Shown here one piece after another: positions 1 to 9,916 of a stretch of DNA of 64,000 nucleotides (positions within the stretch are counted from its first letter, which is position 1; each line of letters opens with the position of its first letter). The notes beneath the pieces were generated by a model. That model had not been told where the DNA came from and searched no databases. It saw only the letters and a list, made by a program, of their open reading frames with translations. The stretch comes from Candidatus Omnitrophica bacterium UBA6215 (GTDB taxonomy: Bacteria > Omnitrophota > Gorgyraeia > Pluralincolimonadales > Pluralincolimonadaceae), in assembly GCA_002421665.1 (NCBI GenBank), contig DISH01000006.1:153784-217783 (forward strand), read 5' to 3'. A program made the translations under genes and the position numbers.

Positions 1-177
1 CTGGAGGTCCGCTACTATCTGGTTGAAGCCGACACTAAGGTCTTGTTCGGTTATCACATCATCGTTTACCACCACTAATATCTTGTTATCTGCGGCCGCC
101 GGCCGGACAAAGACCCCGGAAATGACCGTTAATGAAAACAGTACGGCGCAAATAAATGCCGCGTTACAGCGCATCAT
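1..177 (-). CDS. Second SurA/PrsA-like periplasmic chaperone-PPIase, N-terminal part only (gene continues beyond window start)
   Basis: Reverse strand reads MMRCNAAFICAVLFSLTVISGVFVRPAAADNKILVVVNDDVITEQDL. This is a signal peptide followed by a SurA_N-like motif. The ATG at 177..175 overlaps the TGA stop of the upstream PPIase (ATGA coupling). Confidence 0.45.
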   Translation of the reverse strand, partial: MMRCNAAFICAVLFSLTVISGVFVRPAAADNKILVVVNDDVITEQDLSVGFNQIVADLQ

Positions 178-1019
178 TGTACGCTCCCTTCGAGGAGTTT
201 CTCGTTTATCCTGATATGGGCCTTCGACCTCAGGTTCTTGATAAGCTCTTCCATACCGGCCTGCTGCGCCTGGTCCATAAGCTCCTTCTTTATCGCATCC
301 CTTACCTCGGAGAGGTCAACAGCGCGCGGTTCGACCTTTTCAGTCAATCTTATTATATGATACCCGAATTTGGTCCTGATGATATCGCTGGTCTGTCCTA
401 CGTCCAGTTTAAGGCATACTTCCTCTATCTGAGGCATAAGCTGGCCTTTAACGAAATAGCCTATATCGCCGCCCCTGTCTTTCGAAGGGTCTTTCGAATA
501 CTCCTTGGCAAGCTGCGCAAAATCAGCTCCCTCGTTGAGCTTCTTCTGGACTTCCCTGGCTTCCTCTTCGGTATCGACCATTATGTGGCTCGCGCGCATC
601 TTGAGCGGCGTCACAAAATCATCCTTATGCTCCTGGTAAAATTCCTCTATCCTCTCCTCGCTTACCACGGTCTTTTTGCTCTCGTTTTCAAGCAGTTTGG
701 CAACTATTATCTTGCTCCTGGCCTCTTCGATAAGCTCCTTGACGTCCTTGTCCCTGTTCAGGCCCCTTTTAAGGGCCTCCCTGTAAAGGAGCTGCTCGTT
801 GATCATGTCCTCAAGAAAATCCTTCTTCCTCTGGCTTGCTATTGCTTTATAGTATGCGGGCATCTTGGACAGTCTCGAATCGAAATCCTTCACGGTTATG
901 GCTTTCCCGTTGACCTTCGCGAGCACGCGGGATTTACCGTTCCCGCAGCCGGAACATAAGGCAACGGAGACGGATATAATAACGAAAAACAGTATTATTA
1001 TTCTAGGTGTATTAGGCAT
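174..1019 (-). CDS. PrsA/SurA-like parvulin-type peptidyl-prolyl isomerase, probable lipoprotein
   Basis: 281 aa. Lipobox-like LCSGC after the signal peptide. N-terminal region is SurA_N-like (AKVNGKAITVKDFDSRL). C-terminal PpiC/parvulin domain (DIGYFVKGQLMPQIEEV...FGYHIIRL). Confidence 0.7.
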   Translation of the reverse strand: MPNTPRIIILFFVIISVSVALCSGCGNGKSRVLAKVNGKAITVKDFDSRLSKMPAYYKAIASQRKKDFLEDMINEQLLYREALKRGLNRDKDVKELIEEARSKIIVAKLLENESKKTVVSEERIEEFYQEHKDDFVTPLKMRASHIMVDTEEEAREVQKKLNEGADFAQLAKEYSKDPSKDRGGDIGYFVKGQLMPQIEEVCLKLDVGQTSDIIRTKFGYHIIRLTEKVEPRAVDLSEVRDAIKKELMDQAQQAGMEELIKNLRSKAHIRINEKLLEGSVQ

Positions 1020-1071
1020 AATTTTATTTGCGGTAAGTTACTGTATTATATACTACCATACCGGCTTGCCG

Positions 1072-2991
1072 TTAAGCAAGACCTTTCGGGCTTTTCTTGA
1101 GCCCGGATATCGTGCTGCGCAGCAGCCTGCAGTACAGGTCAAAACCTATGGCTTGTATAAATCCGTGCTGCTCGGTGCCTAAGAGGTTGCCCGCACCGCG
1201 CAACTCAAGGTCCTCCATGGCTATCTTGAACCCCGAACCGAGTTCCGTATGTTCTTCGATCGCCTTAAGCCTCGCCTCGGCATCTTTGGGCAGCTGCCAG
1301 CCTTTGGGATACAGGAAATACGAATAGGCTTGCACGGTATACCTGCCCACCCTGCCCCTAAGCTGGTACAGGTCCGCAAGACCGAACATATCGGCGCGGT
1401 TGACGAATATAGTGTTCGCATTCGGTATATCGATACCGGACTGAACTATGGCGGTAGAGACGAGAACGTCTATCTTGCCCTCGATAAAAGCCACCATTAT
1501 ACTCTCCAGCTCATGCGCGGGCATCTGCCCATGGGCCTCCTCAACCCTGGCAAGGGGGACCATATCCTTAAGCTTCGCCGCCAGCTTGTTCAACCCCTGT
1601 ATCCTGTTGTTGACAAAAAATACCTGGCCTGAACGCTTCAACTCGCGCTCGATCCCTGCCTTGATTATCTTTTCGTCAAATTCCGAAACTTTCGTCATGA
1701 CAGGTATCCTGTTCTTAGGAGGGGTATCGATAACCGACATATCCTTTATCCCCATTAGCGACATATAGAGGGTCCGTGGTATGGGAGTAGCCGTAAGGGT
1801 CAAAACATCTACAAGCAGCCTCATCCTTTTAAGCCGCTCCTTGTGCCTGACGCCAAAACGCTGTTCCTCGTCTATTATCACGAGCCCAAGGTCCTTGAAC
1901 CTGATGTCATGCGAAAGGAGCCTGTGAGTACCTATTATTATGTCGACGGAACCGTCCTTTACCCCTTCGACTATCAACTTCTGTTCCGCCTTGCTCCTGA
2001 AACGTGAGAGCATCTCGATCCTGACAGGATACCTTTTCACCCTTTCCTTGAAGGTGGAGTAATGCTGCTCGGCAAGAATGGTTGTCGGAACAAGCATTGC
2101 CACCTGTTTATTATCCATTACCGCCTTGAAAGCGGCTCGAAGTGCCACTTCCGTCTTCCCGTAGCCGACATCGCCGCAAACAAGCCTGTCCATTGGCTTT
2201 GGCCTCTCCATATCCGCCTTTATCTCGGACGCCGCTTTCGCCTGGGCCGGGGTATCCTCAAAAGGAAAAGACCTTTCTAACCCAACCTGCCAATCCGTAT
2301 CTTTCGAGAACGCATGCCCTTTAAGGGACTCCCGCTTGGCCTGTATCTCCACATACTCAAGCGCAAGCGAATAGATGCCTTTTTGGGCGCGGGCTTTTGC
2401 AAGGGCCCAGGCCCTGGAACCGAGTCTATATAATTTGGGAGGACGGCCTTCGAATCCCACATACCTCTGGACAAGGTTCATGTCATCCATGGGCACATAG
2501 AGTTTGGCGCCTTCGGCGTACTCGACTACCATGTAGTCCATCGGGCCTTTTGGTTCTTTTACTCTTTCTATCCCGTTGTACCTGCCTATGCCGTGTTTGA
2601 CGTGGACAACGAAATCTCCGGGAGAGATATCTATGAAATTACTTATAGGAAGGTCCTCGGTCATATCGCCGGCGGACCTGCGCGCCCTGATCTTGCGCGG
2701 TATCACGCCTTTGGCCGGGAGCACTATGGCCATCTGGTGGTCGAGGAAAGACGAGCCGGTGGCTATATCGAAAGACCTGATCCGGGTAAGCCTGTCGCCG
2801 TCGAACTCAAGACGGATAGGCTCGTCAAAACCCATAGGGAAGATATCCAATATCCCGCCTCGCTGGGCAAAGTCTCCCTCTTCCCCTACGATCTGCCGGC
2901 GACTGTAGCCGGCGTCGACAAGCCGCCTGTGGACGTACTCAAGCGACAATTCCTCATTCTTGTATAATTTAATGGATTCGAACATAGGCAC
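1072..2991 (-). CDS. mfd: Transcription-repair coupling factor Mfd, short form (639 aa)
   Basis: UvrB-like D2 motif RGGILDIFP...[20 protein letters not shown]-interacting domain [15 protein letters not shown]2 translocase motifs [35 protein letters not shown] and QLRGRVGR. The ORF cannot extend upstream because argS ends 14 nt away. Confidence 0.8.
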   Translation of the reverse strand: MPMFESIKLYKNEELSLEYVHRRLVDAGYSRRQIVGEEGDFAQRGGILDIFPMGFDEPIRLEFDGDRLTRIRSFDIATGSSFLDHQMAIVLPAKGVIPRKIRARRSAGDMTEDLPISNFIDISPGDFVVHVKHGIGRYNGIERVKEPKGPMDYMVVEYAEGAKLYVPMDDMNLVQRYVGFEGRPPKLYRLGSRAWALAKARAQKGIYSLALEYVEIQAKRESLKGHAFSKDTDWQVGLERSFPFEDTPAQAKAASEIKADMERPKPMDRLVCGDVGYGKTEVALRAAFKAVMDNKQVAMLVPTTILAEQHYSTFKERVKRYPVRIEMLSRFRSKAEQKLIVEGVKDGSVDIIIGTHRLLSHDIRFKDLGLVIIDEEQRFGVRHKERLKRMRLLVDVLTLTATPIPRTLYMSLMGIKDMSVIDTPPKNRIPVMTKVSEFDEKIIKAGIERELKRSGQVFFVNNRIQGLNKLAAKLKDMVPLARVEEAHGQMPAHELESIMVAFIEGKIDVLVSTAIVQSGIDIPNANTIFVNRADMFGLADLYQLRGRVGRYTVQAYSYFLYPKGWQLPKDAEARLKAIEEHTELGSGFKIAMEDLELRGAGNLLGTEQHGFIQAIGFDLYCRLLRSTISGLKKSPKGLA

Positions 2992-3004
2992 GGGAACACC
3001 GCCT

Positions 3005-4669
3005 TTACATCTTCGCGGGGCAGGATACTCCGAGAAGCGTAAGGCCGTTGGCCAGGACCTGCCTTACGCAGGAAATAAGATAAAGCCTTGCCTCGGTAAG
3101 CGCAGCATCCTCGGTGATGACCTTATCGGCCTCATAGAATTTATGGAAACACGCCGCGAGCGCCTGCAGGTACGTTATTATCCTGTAAGGGTCCTCTTCC
3201 TGGGCGCTAAGCCTGACGATAGCCGGATATTGCCTTAATTCCCTGAAAAGGTTCAGTTCTTCGGGAGCGCAAAGGAGGCCGAGGTCGGCTTTATCGATCT
3301 GCCCTTCGGATACCTTCGCCGCCGCAATTATGCTCGATATCCTGGCATGGGCATACTGCACGTAGAATACGGGGTTCTCCTGGGTCTGTTTCTTGGCCAG
3401 CTCCAGGTCAAAATCAAGATGGGCGCTCGCCTTCCTCATCAGGAGAAAGAACCTGGCTGCATCCTTCCCTACTTCGTCAAGGACCTCGCGTAAAGTTATG
3501 TACTCGCCGGCCCTGGTAGACATCTTGACGGGTTGGCCGTTCTTATAAAGAGTGGCAAGCTGTATTATTATTATATTTACCGCGCCGGCTGGATAACCGA
3601 GGGCCTGAACCGCAGCCTTTATCCTGTTTATATAGCCGTGGTGGTCGGGGCCCAGGATGTCTATGACCTTCTTGAACCCGCGCTCAAATTTGTCCTTATG
3701 GTAAGCTATATCCGGGGTAACATAAGTGTAGGCGCCGTCGCTTTTTTTTACGACCCTGTCCTTGTCGTCTCCGAACATGGTAGACTTAAACCACAATGCT
3801 CCTTCGGATTCGTACAGGAGCCCCTTCTTGTCCAGGACATCAAGGGTCCCTTCTATTTTGCCGGAAGTCCCAAGGGCCTTCTGGCTGAACCAGACATCGA
3901 ACTTGACTCCGAAATCCAGGAGTTCTTTTTTTATCTCATTGAGCAGGTAATCACATCCCCATTCCGAATAGACCTTAAGGTTCTCCGGGGTCTCGGCCTT
4001 ATACCTATCGCCGTATTCCTCGCGGAACCGCACGGCCATCTCTCTTATATACTCTCCCCTGTAACCGTTCTCCGGGAATTCATATTTGTCGCCGATCAAT
4101 TCCCTGTACCTGGCGTATATTGAACGGCCCAGGACAGCTATCTGTACGCCCTCGTCATTTATGTAATATTCGCGCGTTACGTCATACCCGTTGGCGGAAA
4201 GTATGTTCGAGAGCGAATCCCCGAAAGCCGCCTGCCTGGCATGGGCGACGCTCAACGTCCCGGTAGGATTGGCGCTTACAAACTCCACCTGTACTTTTGT
4301 GCCTTTGCCGGTATCCGACATCCCGAACTTTGTCCCCGCGGCCCTGACCTGCTTTATTACATCGCGCAGCGCCCCAGCGGAAAGACACATGTTTATAAAT
4401 CCGTTTAGCGGCTCGATGCCATCTATCTCTATTTTAAGAGGGGACATAGCCAGCGCCGAACTCAGTATCTTCGAGATGTTTTCCGCGAGGTCTTTCGGGT
4501 TCTTCTTGAGGGGCTTAGCCATCCTGAAAGCGATGTTAGTGGCTATATCCCCGTGGGAGGGATCTTTAGGGCTTTCGAGAATAAGCATATCCCTGTTATA
4601 AAAACCCGATAAAGAGGCTTCGTCGGACAATGCGGAATCTATGAAATCGGCTATCTTTTTTTCGATCAT
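3005..4669 (-). CDS. argS: Arginyl-tRNA synthetase
   Basis: 554 aa. Class I HIGH-type motif [14 protein letters not shown], a KMSTR-like motif ([10 protein letters not shown]), and a DALR anticodon-binding C-terminus. Confidence 0.9.
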   Translation of the reverse strand: MIEKKIADFIDSALSDEASLSGFYNRDMLILESPKDPSHGDIATNIAFRMAKPLKKNPKDLAENISKILSSALAMSPLKIEIDGIEPLNGFINMCLSAGALRDVIKQVRAAGTKFGMSDTGKGTKVQVEFVSANPTGTLSVAHARQAAFGDSLSNILSANGYDVTREYYINDEGVQIAVLGRSIYARYRELIGDKYEFPENGYRGEYIREMAVRFREEYGDRYKAETPENLKVYSEWGCDYLLNEIKKELLDFGVKFDVWFSQKALGTSGKIEGTLDVLDKKGLLYESEGALWFKSTMFGDDKDRVVKKSDGAYTYVTPDIAYHKDKFERGFKKVIDILGPDHHGYINRIKAAVQALGYPAGAVNIIIIQLATLYKNGQPVKMSTRAGEYITLREVLDEVGKDAARFFLLMRKASAHLDFDLELAKKQTQENPVFYVQYAHARISSIIAAAKVSEGQIDKADLGLLCAPEELNLFRELRQYPAIVRLSAQEEDPYRIITYLQALAACFHKFYEADKVITEDAALTEARLYLISCVRQVLANGLTLLGVSCPAKM

Positions 4670-4692
4670 CTTGTTTTTTCACTCAAAATACA

Positions 4693-4720
4693 ATGCCACC
4701 CGCAAGAGCGCGGGTGGCAT
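4693..4720 (-). terminator. Putative rho-independent terminator downstream of rsfS
   Basis: Perfect 11-bp stem atgccacccgc / gcgggtggcat with a 6-nt loop. On the minus strand it is followed by a U-rich stretch (uguauuuugagug). Confidence 0.4.
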
Positions 4721-4733
4721 TCATATACCTAAT

Positions 4734-5090
4734 TCAGCCTAGGTTTTCCTTAGGGACATCTCCCCAAAGACTCTCTAGGCCGTAGAATCTCCGGGCTTCG
4801 GGTTCAAAGACATGCACGACACAATTCCCGAAATCCAAAAGCATCCAGCTCGCGTCGCTGCCTCCTTCGCGGTGCCAGAGCCTTATTCCTTCCTCTTCCA
4901 GTTTGCCCTCAAGCCCATCGGATACGGCCTTGACCTGGCGCTGGTTCATGGCGGTCATGACTATAAAATAGTCGCAGAACGCCGACACCTTGCTCATATC
5001 CATGAGGACTATATCTTCGGCCTTCTTTTCCTTCGCTACTTCTACTATCAGCTCAGCCTTATCCCTGGAGGAATCTATCTTACTTTCCAA
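4734..5090 (-). CDS. rsfS: Ribosomal silencing factor RsfS (Iojap family)
   Basis: 118 aa. Family-typical core DIVLMDMSKVSAFCDYFIVMTAMNQRQVKAVSDGL...NCVVHVF. TTG start. Confidence 0.8.
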   Translation of the reverse strand: MESKIDSSRDKAELIVEVAKEKKAEDIVLMDMSKVSAFCDYFIVMTAMNQRQVKAVSDGLEGKLEEEGIRLWHREGGSDASWMLLDFGNCVVHVFEPEARRFYGLESLWGDVPKENLG

Positions 5091-5220
5091 GTATCCTATA
5101 CATTCCCGTGCCGCAAGCCGGGCATTTGCCCTTCATGGCTTCGCGACCGTTCTTCATCTTCTCTTTCTGGGCATCTTTCATCTCTTGTTTCTTCTTGCAT
5201 TTGACGCAATATGCTTCCAT
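5080..5220 (-). CDS. Small zinc-ribbon protein (DUF5679-like), 46 aa; not in supplied ORF track
   Basis: Hand translation of the reverse strand gives MEAYCVKCKKKQEMKDAQKEKMKNGREAMKGKCPACGTGMYRILGK. It has two CxxC pairs (CVKC...CPAC). A strong SD (aagaggagg) lies 8 nt upstream of the ATG. Its stop overlaps the rsfS start. Confidence 0.55.
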   Translation of the reverse strand: MEAYCVKCKKKQEMKDAQKEKMKNGREAMKGKCPACGTGMYRILGK

Positions 5221-5269
5221 CTAGCACCTCCTCTTAAGGTTTGGAAACGTTTTTAGTCTACCATACCGC

Positions 5270-6307
5270 TCAATGGCTGTCAAGGACGGGGGCTTCCTCA
5301 ATTTCACCTACAATCTCCTCCACCAGGTCTTCAAGAGTAACCAAGCCAACCGCCCTTTTCTCGATCTCGGAAGTGTCGGTTATTATGGCTATTTGGACCC
5401 TGAGCCTCTGGAAATCCTTCAAGAGATCATTGACCCTTTTGTCTTTAGGTACAAAATAAGGCTGGTGGACAAGGTCGGGTATTATTACCAGCCCCTTGTT
5501 CTGCCATATGTACAATAGGTCCCTGGCGTATATTATGCCTACGATATTGTTACGGGCCCCCTTATAGACAGGCAGCCTGGAATGGCCTTCTTCCACAAAA
5601 AGGGTCAAAAGTTCCTCGGGATCGGCATCTATATCTATAGCCACCATCTCGGACAGGGGTATCATTACTTCGTTGACCCTGGTATCCCCGAATTCGAATA
5701 TCCTGTGGAGCATCTTCCTTTCTTCGTCGCCTACAACTCCCTCCTCCTTGCCCAACTCTATCATCAGCCTTATCTCTTCCTCACTGATAAGGGGTGAACG
5801 CTGCTTTACTTCGCCGCCAAACAGCTTTATCGTGGCATTCCCCAATTTTGTAAATAATTTTGCAAGGGGGTCAAACACCGTAACAAGAAGTTTTATAGGC
5901 TTGGCTATCGCCAGAGAAACCCTCTCCGACCTTTGGACAGCGAACATCTTGGGGATTATCTCTCCGAATATGAGCAGGACCATGGTCACAAAAACCGTTG
6001 CTGCCACCATGCCCATCTCGTCTCCGAGAAAGAAGACGAAGATGATGGCTCCAATAACCGATATGGCTGTGTTGACAAGGTTGTTACCGACCAGGATGGA
6101 GGTTATCAGCCTCTCGGGCTTGGATACCAACTGTTGGACCATTTTGGCATTCTTGGCACCCTTTGAGACCAGGTGGCGTAATTTTATCTTGTTCAGCGAT
6201 ATAAGGGCCGTCTCGGACATCGAAAAGAAAGCCGACATGATCACAAGGATACCCATGGACACCAGGAGCGGCAGGAACTCTTTTAAAAGTTTGTCTATTA
6301 TAGCCAT
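5270..6307 (-). CDS. CNNM/CorC-family (DUF21 + CBS-pair) putative Mg2+/Co2+ efflux protein
   Basis: N-terminal DUF21 TM region (FFSMSETALISL) followed by tandem CBS domains. Start chosen at MAIIDKLL (ATG 6307..6305) rather than the longer ORF, so that it abuts corA. Confidence 0.75.
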   Translation of the reverse strand: MAIIDKLLKEFLPLLVSMGILVIMSAFFSMSETALISLNKIKLRHLVSKGAKNAKMVQQLVSKPERLITSILVGNNLVNTAISVIGAIIFVFFLGDEMGMVAATVFVTMVLLIFGEIIPKMFAVQRSERVSLAIAKPIKLLVTVFDPLAKLFTKLGNATIKLFGGEVKQRSPLISEEEIRLMIELGKEEGVVGDEERKMLHRIFEFGDTRVNEVMIPLSEMVAIDIDADPEELLTLFVEEGHSRLPVYKGARNNIVGIIYARDLLYIWQNKGLVIIPDLVHQPYFVPKDKRVNDLLKDFQRLRVQIAIITDTSEIEKRAVGLVTLEDLVEEIVGEIEEAPVLDSH

Positions 6308-7269
6308 TTTTTCTTCTTCAAATAAAGTACCATTAGTACCGTAAGCAATGCGGTAAAAGCGAGAATGAACCAAAGTCCGTGCTCATGGTTAGAGAACGGC
6401 AGGAACTTTAGGTTCATGCCGTATATGCTCGGTATAACAACAAAAGGCATCATGACCGTGGCCAGGAGAGTAAGAACCTTCATGACCTCGTTTAGCCTGT
6501 TGGAGACGATGGATACGTATGCCTCCAGCGCTCCGGTGACGATATCGCGGGAAGTGCCAACTATATCGTTTATCCTGACAAGGTGGTCAAAGACATTCCT
6601 GAAATAAACATAGTTGACAGGCTTAATTATCGGGAAATCGCCTCTTGTAAGCATGGAAAAAACATCCGCCTGCGGCCCTATCGTCCTGCGCAGGAGCATG
6701 GTATCGTTCTTGAGCCTGTATATCTCGTTGAAGACCTTTGTGGTCGGATCCTTAAAAAGTTCGGCTTCCATGTCGTCGACCCGTTTATCGAACCGGTCGA
6801 CTATAGGATAATAGCTGTCGGCCAGGGACTCAAGGATAGAGCACATAAGGAAATCGCTTCCCCTGGTAATAATGGGCGAACCTTTGTCGACTCTTTCGAG
6901 GTTCAGGTTTATGGAACTGACCGGATCGGTGTGCACCGTTATAAGATAATTCTTGCCCAGGCAAAAATCCGCTTCAAACACCTGTATCTTCCCGGTCTCC
7001 TCGTCGATCTTGACACCCTGAGTGACAAGGAACAGGTAATTCGGGAAATCCTCCACTTTCGGCCGGGCGTTCACCATTATGCAGTCCTCGACCGTCAACG
7101 GATGGAGCCCGAAGACATCCATAAGTATCTCGATATCGCCGTCCTCAAGACCTTCCATATCCACCCAGAGAAGAGAATTCTCCGAAGAAAGCGCTTCACG
7201 GAACTTCTCAACAGGAAGGTCCTTGACCACTTTCCCTTCGGGACCGAAATAGTAGCTCCTCATGGTCAT
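6298..7269 (-). CDS. corA: Magnesium transporter CorA
   Basis: 323 aa. Signature YGMNLKFLPF (GMN motif) followed by two C-terminal TM helices. Confidence 0.85.
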   Translation of the reverse strand: MTMRSYYFGPEGKVVKDLPVEKFREALSSENSLLWVDMEGLEDGDIEILMDVFGLHPLTVEDCIMVNARPKVEDFPNYLFLVTQGVKIDEETGKIQVFEADFCLGKNYLITVHTDPVSSINLNLERVDKGSPIITRGSDFLMCSILESLADSYYPIVDRFDKRVDDMEAELFKDPTTKVFNEIYRLKNDTMLLRRTIGPQADVFSMLTRGDFPIIKPVNYVYFRNVFDHLVRINDIVGTSRDIVTGALEAYVSIVSNRLNEVMKVLTLLATVMMPFVVIPSIYGMNLKFLPFSNHEHGLWFILAFTALLTVLMVLYLKKKKWL

Positions 7270-7276
7270 TCCCCCG

Positions 7277-7846
7277 TTATCTGTAAAGTCTTCTCGCTAT
7301 TATATACTCCCTGACCGGCTCCGGCACAAGATATCTTATCGACTTTCCTTCCTTTATCTTTTTGCGTATAAGGGAAGAAGATATTTCAAGGGAGGTGATC
7401 GTCACCACATCGACACCCGTAGGTACGTTGGCAATATCGTATCCCGGGCGGTTGGCTACTATGAAATTGGAGAGCTTGAATATCTGATCTATCTCTTTCC
7501 ACGTATAAAGCTCCCCAAGCGAATCCGCACCCGTCAGAAAAAAGAGCCTGGCGTCCTCGCCGTATTTTTGCCTGAATGCCTTAAGGGTCTCTACGGAATA
7601 CGAGGTCGTCTTTGCGTCTATTTCGACCGAGGATACCTCAAAGTTCGGGTTCCCCCTTATTGCAAGCTCGACCATCTTGAACCTGTCGTTCGGTTCGGCG
7701 AGATCTTCCTCTTTCTTGTGAGGAGGTACGTATGCCGGTACCAGTATCACCTTATCCAGGTTCAGTTTTTCCCTGGCCTCTTCCGCCAGGACAAGATGGC
7801 CCGCGTGTATCGGGTTGAATGTCCCGCCGAGTATGCCTATACGCAT
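7277..7846 (-). CDS. nadD: Nicotinate-nucleotide adenylyltransferase
   Basis: MRIGILGGTFNPIHAGHL carries the (H/T)xGH nucleotidyltransferase motif. 189 aa. Confidence 0.85.
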   Translation of the reverse strand: MRIGILGGTFNPIHAGHLVLAEEAREKLNLDKVILVPAYVPPHKKEEDLAEPNDRFKMVELAIRGNPNFEVSSVEIDAKTTSYSVETLKAFRQKYGEDARLFFLTGADSLGELYTWKEIDQIFKLSNFIVANRPGYDIANVPTGVDVVTITSLEISSSLIRKKIKEGKSIRYLVPEPVREYIIARRLYR

Positions 7847-7850
7847 GTTG

Positions 7851-9110
7851 TCACTCCCTTGTCTGTCCGTTGCCGTATATTATGTACTTGTAGCTTGTCA
7901 GTTCTTCTACTCCCACCGGACCGCGCGCGTGGAACTTGTCGGTCGATATCCCTATCTCCGCCCCGAAACCGAACTCGCCGCCGTCGGTAAACCTTGTGGA
8001 GGCATTCACATATACCGATGCCGAGTCCACCTTTCTGAGGAATTCAACGGCGTTATGGTAATTTTCGGTAACTATGGCATCGGAGAGCCTGGTACTGTAC
8101 CTGTTTATATGTCCAACAGCCTCGTGCAGGTTCTTTACCACCTTTATGGAAAGGATCAGGTCCAGGTATTCGGTAGACCAGTCCTTCTCGGTGGCAGCCT
8201 TTAGCCCTTTGACTATCCTGCGGGTAGCGGAGCAACCCCTGATCTCGACGCCCGCTTCCTTATACTTCTTTATCATTGAGGGCAGGAAACGCGCGGCTAC
8301 GTCCTCGTTTACCAGCAGGGTCTCCATAGCGTTACAAACGGAAGGCCGCTGCACCTTGGCATTGAAACATATGCGCTCGGCCATGTTTAGGTCGGCATCT
8401 TCATCCACATAGACATGGCAGATACCCTTATAATGCTTAAGGACGGGGATCCTGGAACTGCGAGCCACCTCTGTTATCAGGCTTTCTCCTCCCCTTGGGA
8501 TTATCAGGTCCACGAGATCGCTTAAACCCAGCAGCACCTTGACCGCTTTCCTGTCGGTCGTCCTGATAAGGTTGATAGCCCCGTCCGGGATGCCCGCATC
8601 CCTCGCCGCCCCGTTAAGGATATCGAATATCGCTATGTTGGAGTTGATCGCCTCGCTGCCTCCGCGCAGGATAACGCTGTTACCCGCCTTCAGGCACAGG
8701 CCTATACAATCCGCAGTAACATTAGGCCTAGATTCATATATAACACCGATCACGCCTAACGGAACACGCATCTTACCGATCCATAACCCGTTAGGGCGTG
8801 TCCACATCTTTGTCACTTCGCCTATGGGATCGCGCAGGTCCGCCACGGTCCTCAGGCCTTCCGCCATCGACTTAATTCTTTTATCGTTCAGGGTAAGCCT
8901 GTCTATGAAAGCCGGGCTGATCCTTCTGGACTGGGCCGCGCGTATATCCTTCTTGTTGGCCGCAAATACGGCGGACCTTTCCTTCTCCAAGGCATCGGCC
9001 ATGGCGCGCAATGCCTTGTCCTTGACCGAAGAGGACAACTGTCCCATTTCAAAGGACGCCTTCCTGGCATCCTGAGCTATCGACGTTACTTCTTTTCTTA
9101 GATCGCCCAT
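7851..9110 (-). CDS. proA: Gamma-glutamyl phosphate reductase
   Basis: Aldehyde-dehydrogenase-family ProA sequence. Start set at MGDLRKEV (ATG 9110..9108), which has an aaggag SD 9 nt upstream. The 56-aa Arg-rich N-terminal extension of the longest ORF overlaps proB and is rejected. Confidence 0.85.
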   Translation of the reverse strand: MGDLRKEVTSIAQDARKASFEMGQLSSSVKDKALRAMADALEKERSAVFAANKKDIRAAQSRRISPAFIDRLTLNDKRIKSMAEGLRTVADLRDPIGEVTKMWTRPNGLWIGKMRVPLGVIGVIYESRPNVTADCIGLCLKAGNSVILRGGSEAINSNIAIFDILNGAARDAGIPDGAINLIRTTDRKAVKVLLGLSDLVDLIIPRGGESLITEVARSSRIPVLKHYKGICHVYVDEDADLNMAERICFNAKVQRPSVCNAMETLLVNEDVAARFLPSMIKKYKEAGVEIRGCSATRRIVKGLKAATEKDWSTEYLDLILSIKVVKNLHEAVGHINRYSTRLSDAIVTENYHNAVEFLRKVDSASVYVNASTRFTDGGEFGFGAEIGISTDKFHARGPVGVEELTSYKYIIYGNGQTRE

Positions 9111-9115
9111 TAAGA

Positions 9116-9916
9116 TTAGCTCCTTCTTGCCCCGGGTGCGAATATAGTGCCCACCCTCTCTTTTGCTGTTATCTTTATAAGTATGTTCCTGGTCTTTCCG
9201 TTTGCGATCACCATCGGGATCCCGGCATCGGTAACGGTTTTTGCAGCCTTTACCTTGGTCAACATACCGCCTACGCACGTTTCTTTATCGGTACCGCTGG
9301 CAAGCCTCTCTATACCGGTATCTATCTCCGTGACCGTATCTATAAGTTCCTTCCTGCCTATGTGGCTATAGAGGCCGTCCACATCCGACAATATTATCAG
9401 AAGGTCGGCACAAAGCAGGTTCGTTACCAACGCGGCAAGCGTATCATTGTCCCCGAATTTTATCTCATCAACCGAGACCGTATCGTTCTCATTTACTATC
9501 GGTACCGCACCGTATTCGAGTATCGTCATCAATGTGCTCTTGACGCTGGAGCGCCTTTTGTTCTCCTTGAAGTCATCACGCGTAAGCAGGACCTGCGCCA
9601 CTTTTCGCCGGTGGTCCTTGAAGTATTCGTCATAGGCCTTCATCAACTGAGCCTGCCCGATAGCCGCAGCGGCCTGCAGGTGGTTAAGCGTCTTGGGACG
9701 CGCCTTCAGGCCAAGCAGATGCATGCCGGCGCCAATGGCACCGGAACTGACCAATACTACTTTTATACCCCTGTCGAGCAGTTCGCATACCTGCCCTGAT
9801 ATCTCCCTGACGGCATGCCTGTCCATAGGCAGAGACCTGGAAGTGAACATAGACGTCCCGACCTTTACAACGGCCAGCTTTACATTAGAAAGGAACTTAT
9901 CCCTCATGCGCCTCAT
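9116..9916 (-). CDS. proB: Glutamate 5-kinase
   Basis: VVKVGTSMFTS...LVSSGAIGAG amino-acid kinase fold. 266 aa with no PUA domain. Immediately upstream of proA. Confidence 0.85.
   Translation of the reverse strand: MRRMRDKFLSNVKLAVVKVGTSMFTSRSLPMDRHAVREISGQVCELLDRGIKVVLVSSGAIGAGMHLLGLKARPKTLNHLQAAAAIGQAQLMKAYDEYFKDHRRKVAQVLLTRDDFKENKRRSSVKSTLMTILEYGAVPIVNENDTVSVDEIKFGDNDTLAALVTNLLCADLLIILSDVDGLYSHIGRKELIDTVTEIDTGIERLASGTDKETCVGGMLTKVKAAKTVTDAGIPMVIANGKTRNILIKITAKERVGTIFAPGARRS

Noticed and set aside
156-959. 267-aa plus-strand ORF
   Set aside because: Antisense to the PrsA-like PPIase gene, with no recognisable domain. The 63-aa ORF at 23..214 is likewise antisense to the second foldase gene.
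1020-1071. TATATAAT box between mfd and the PrsA-like gene as a promoter
   Set aside because: The -10 is good, but no acceptable -35 lies at 16-18 nt, and the downstream gene lacks an SD. It is too weak to call.
9111-9278. 56-codon Arg/Lys-rich N-terminal extension of the proA ORF
   Set aside because: It overlaps the 3' end of proB in another frame. The internal ATG at 9110 has a good SD and gives a ProA of canonical length.
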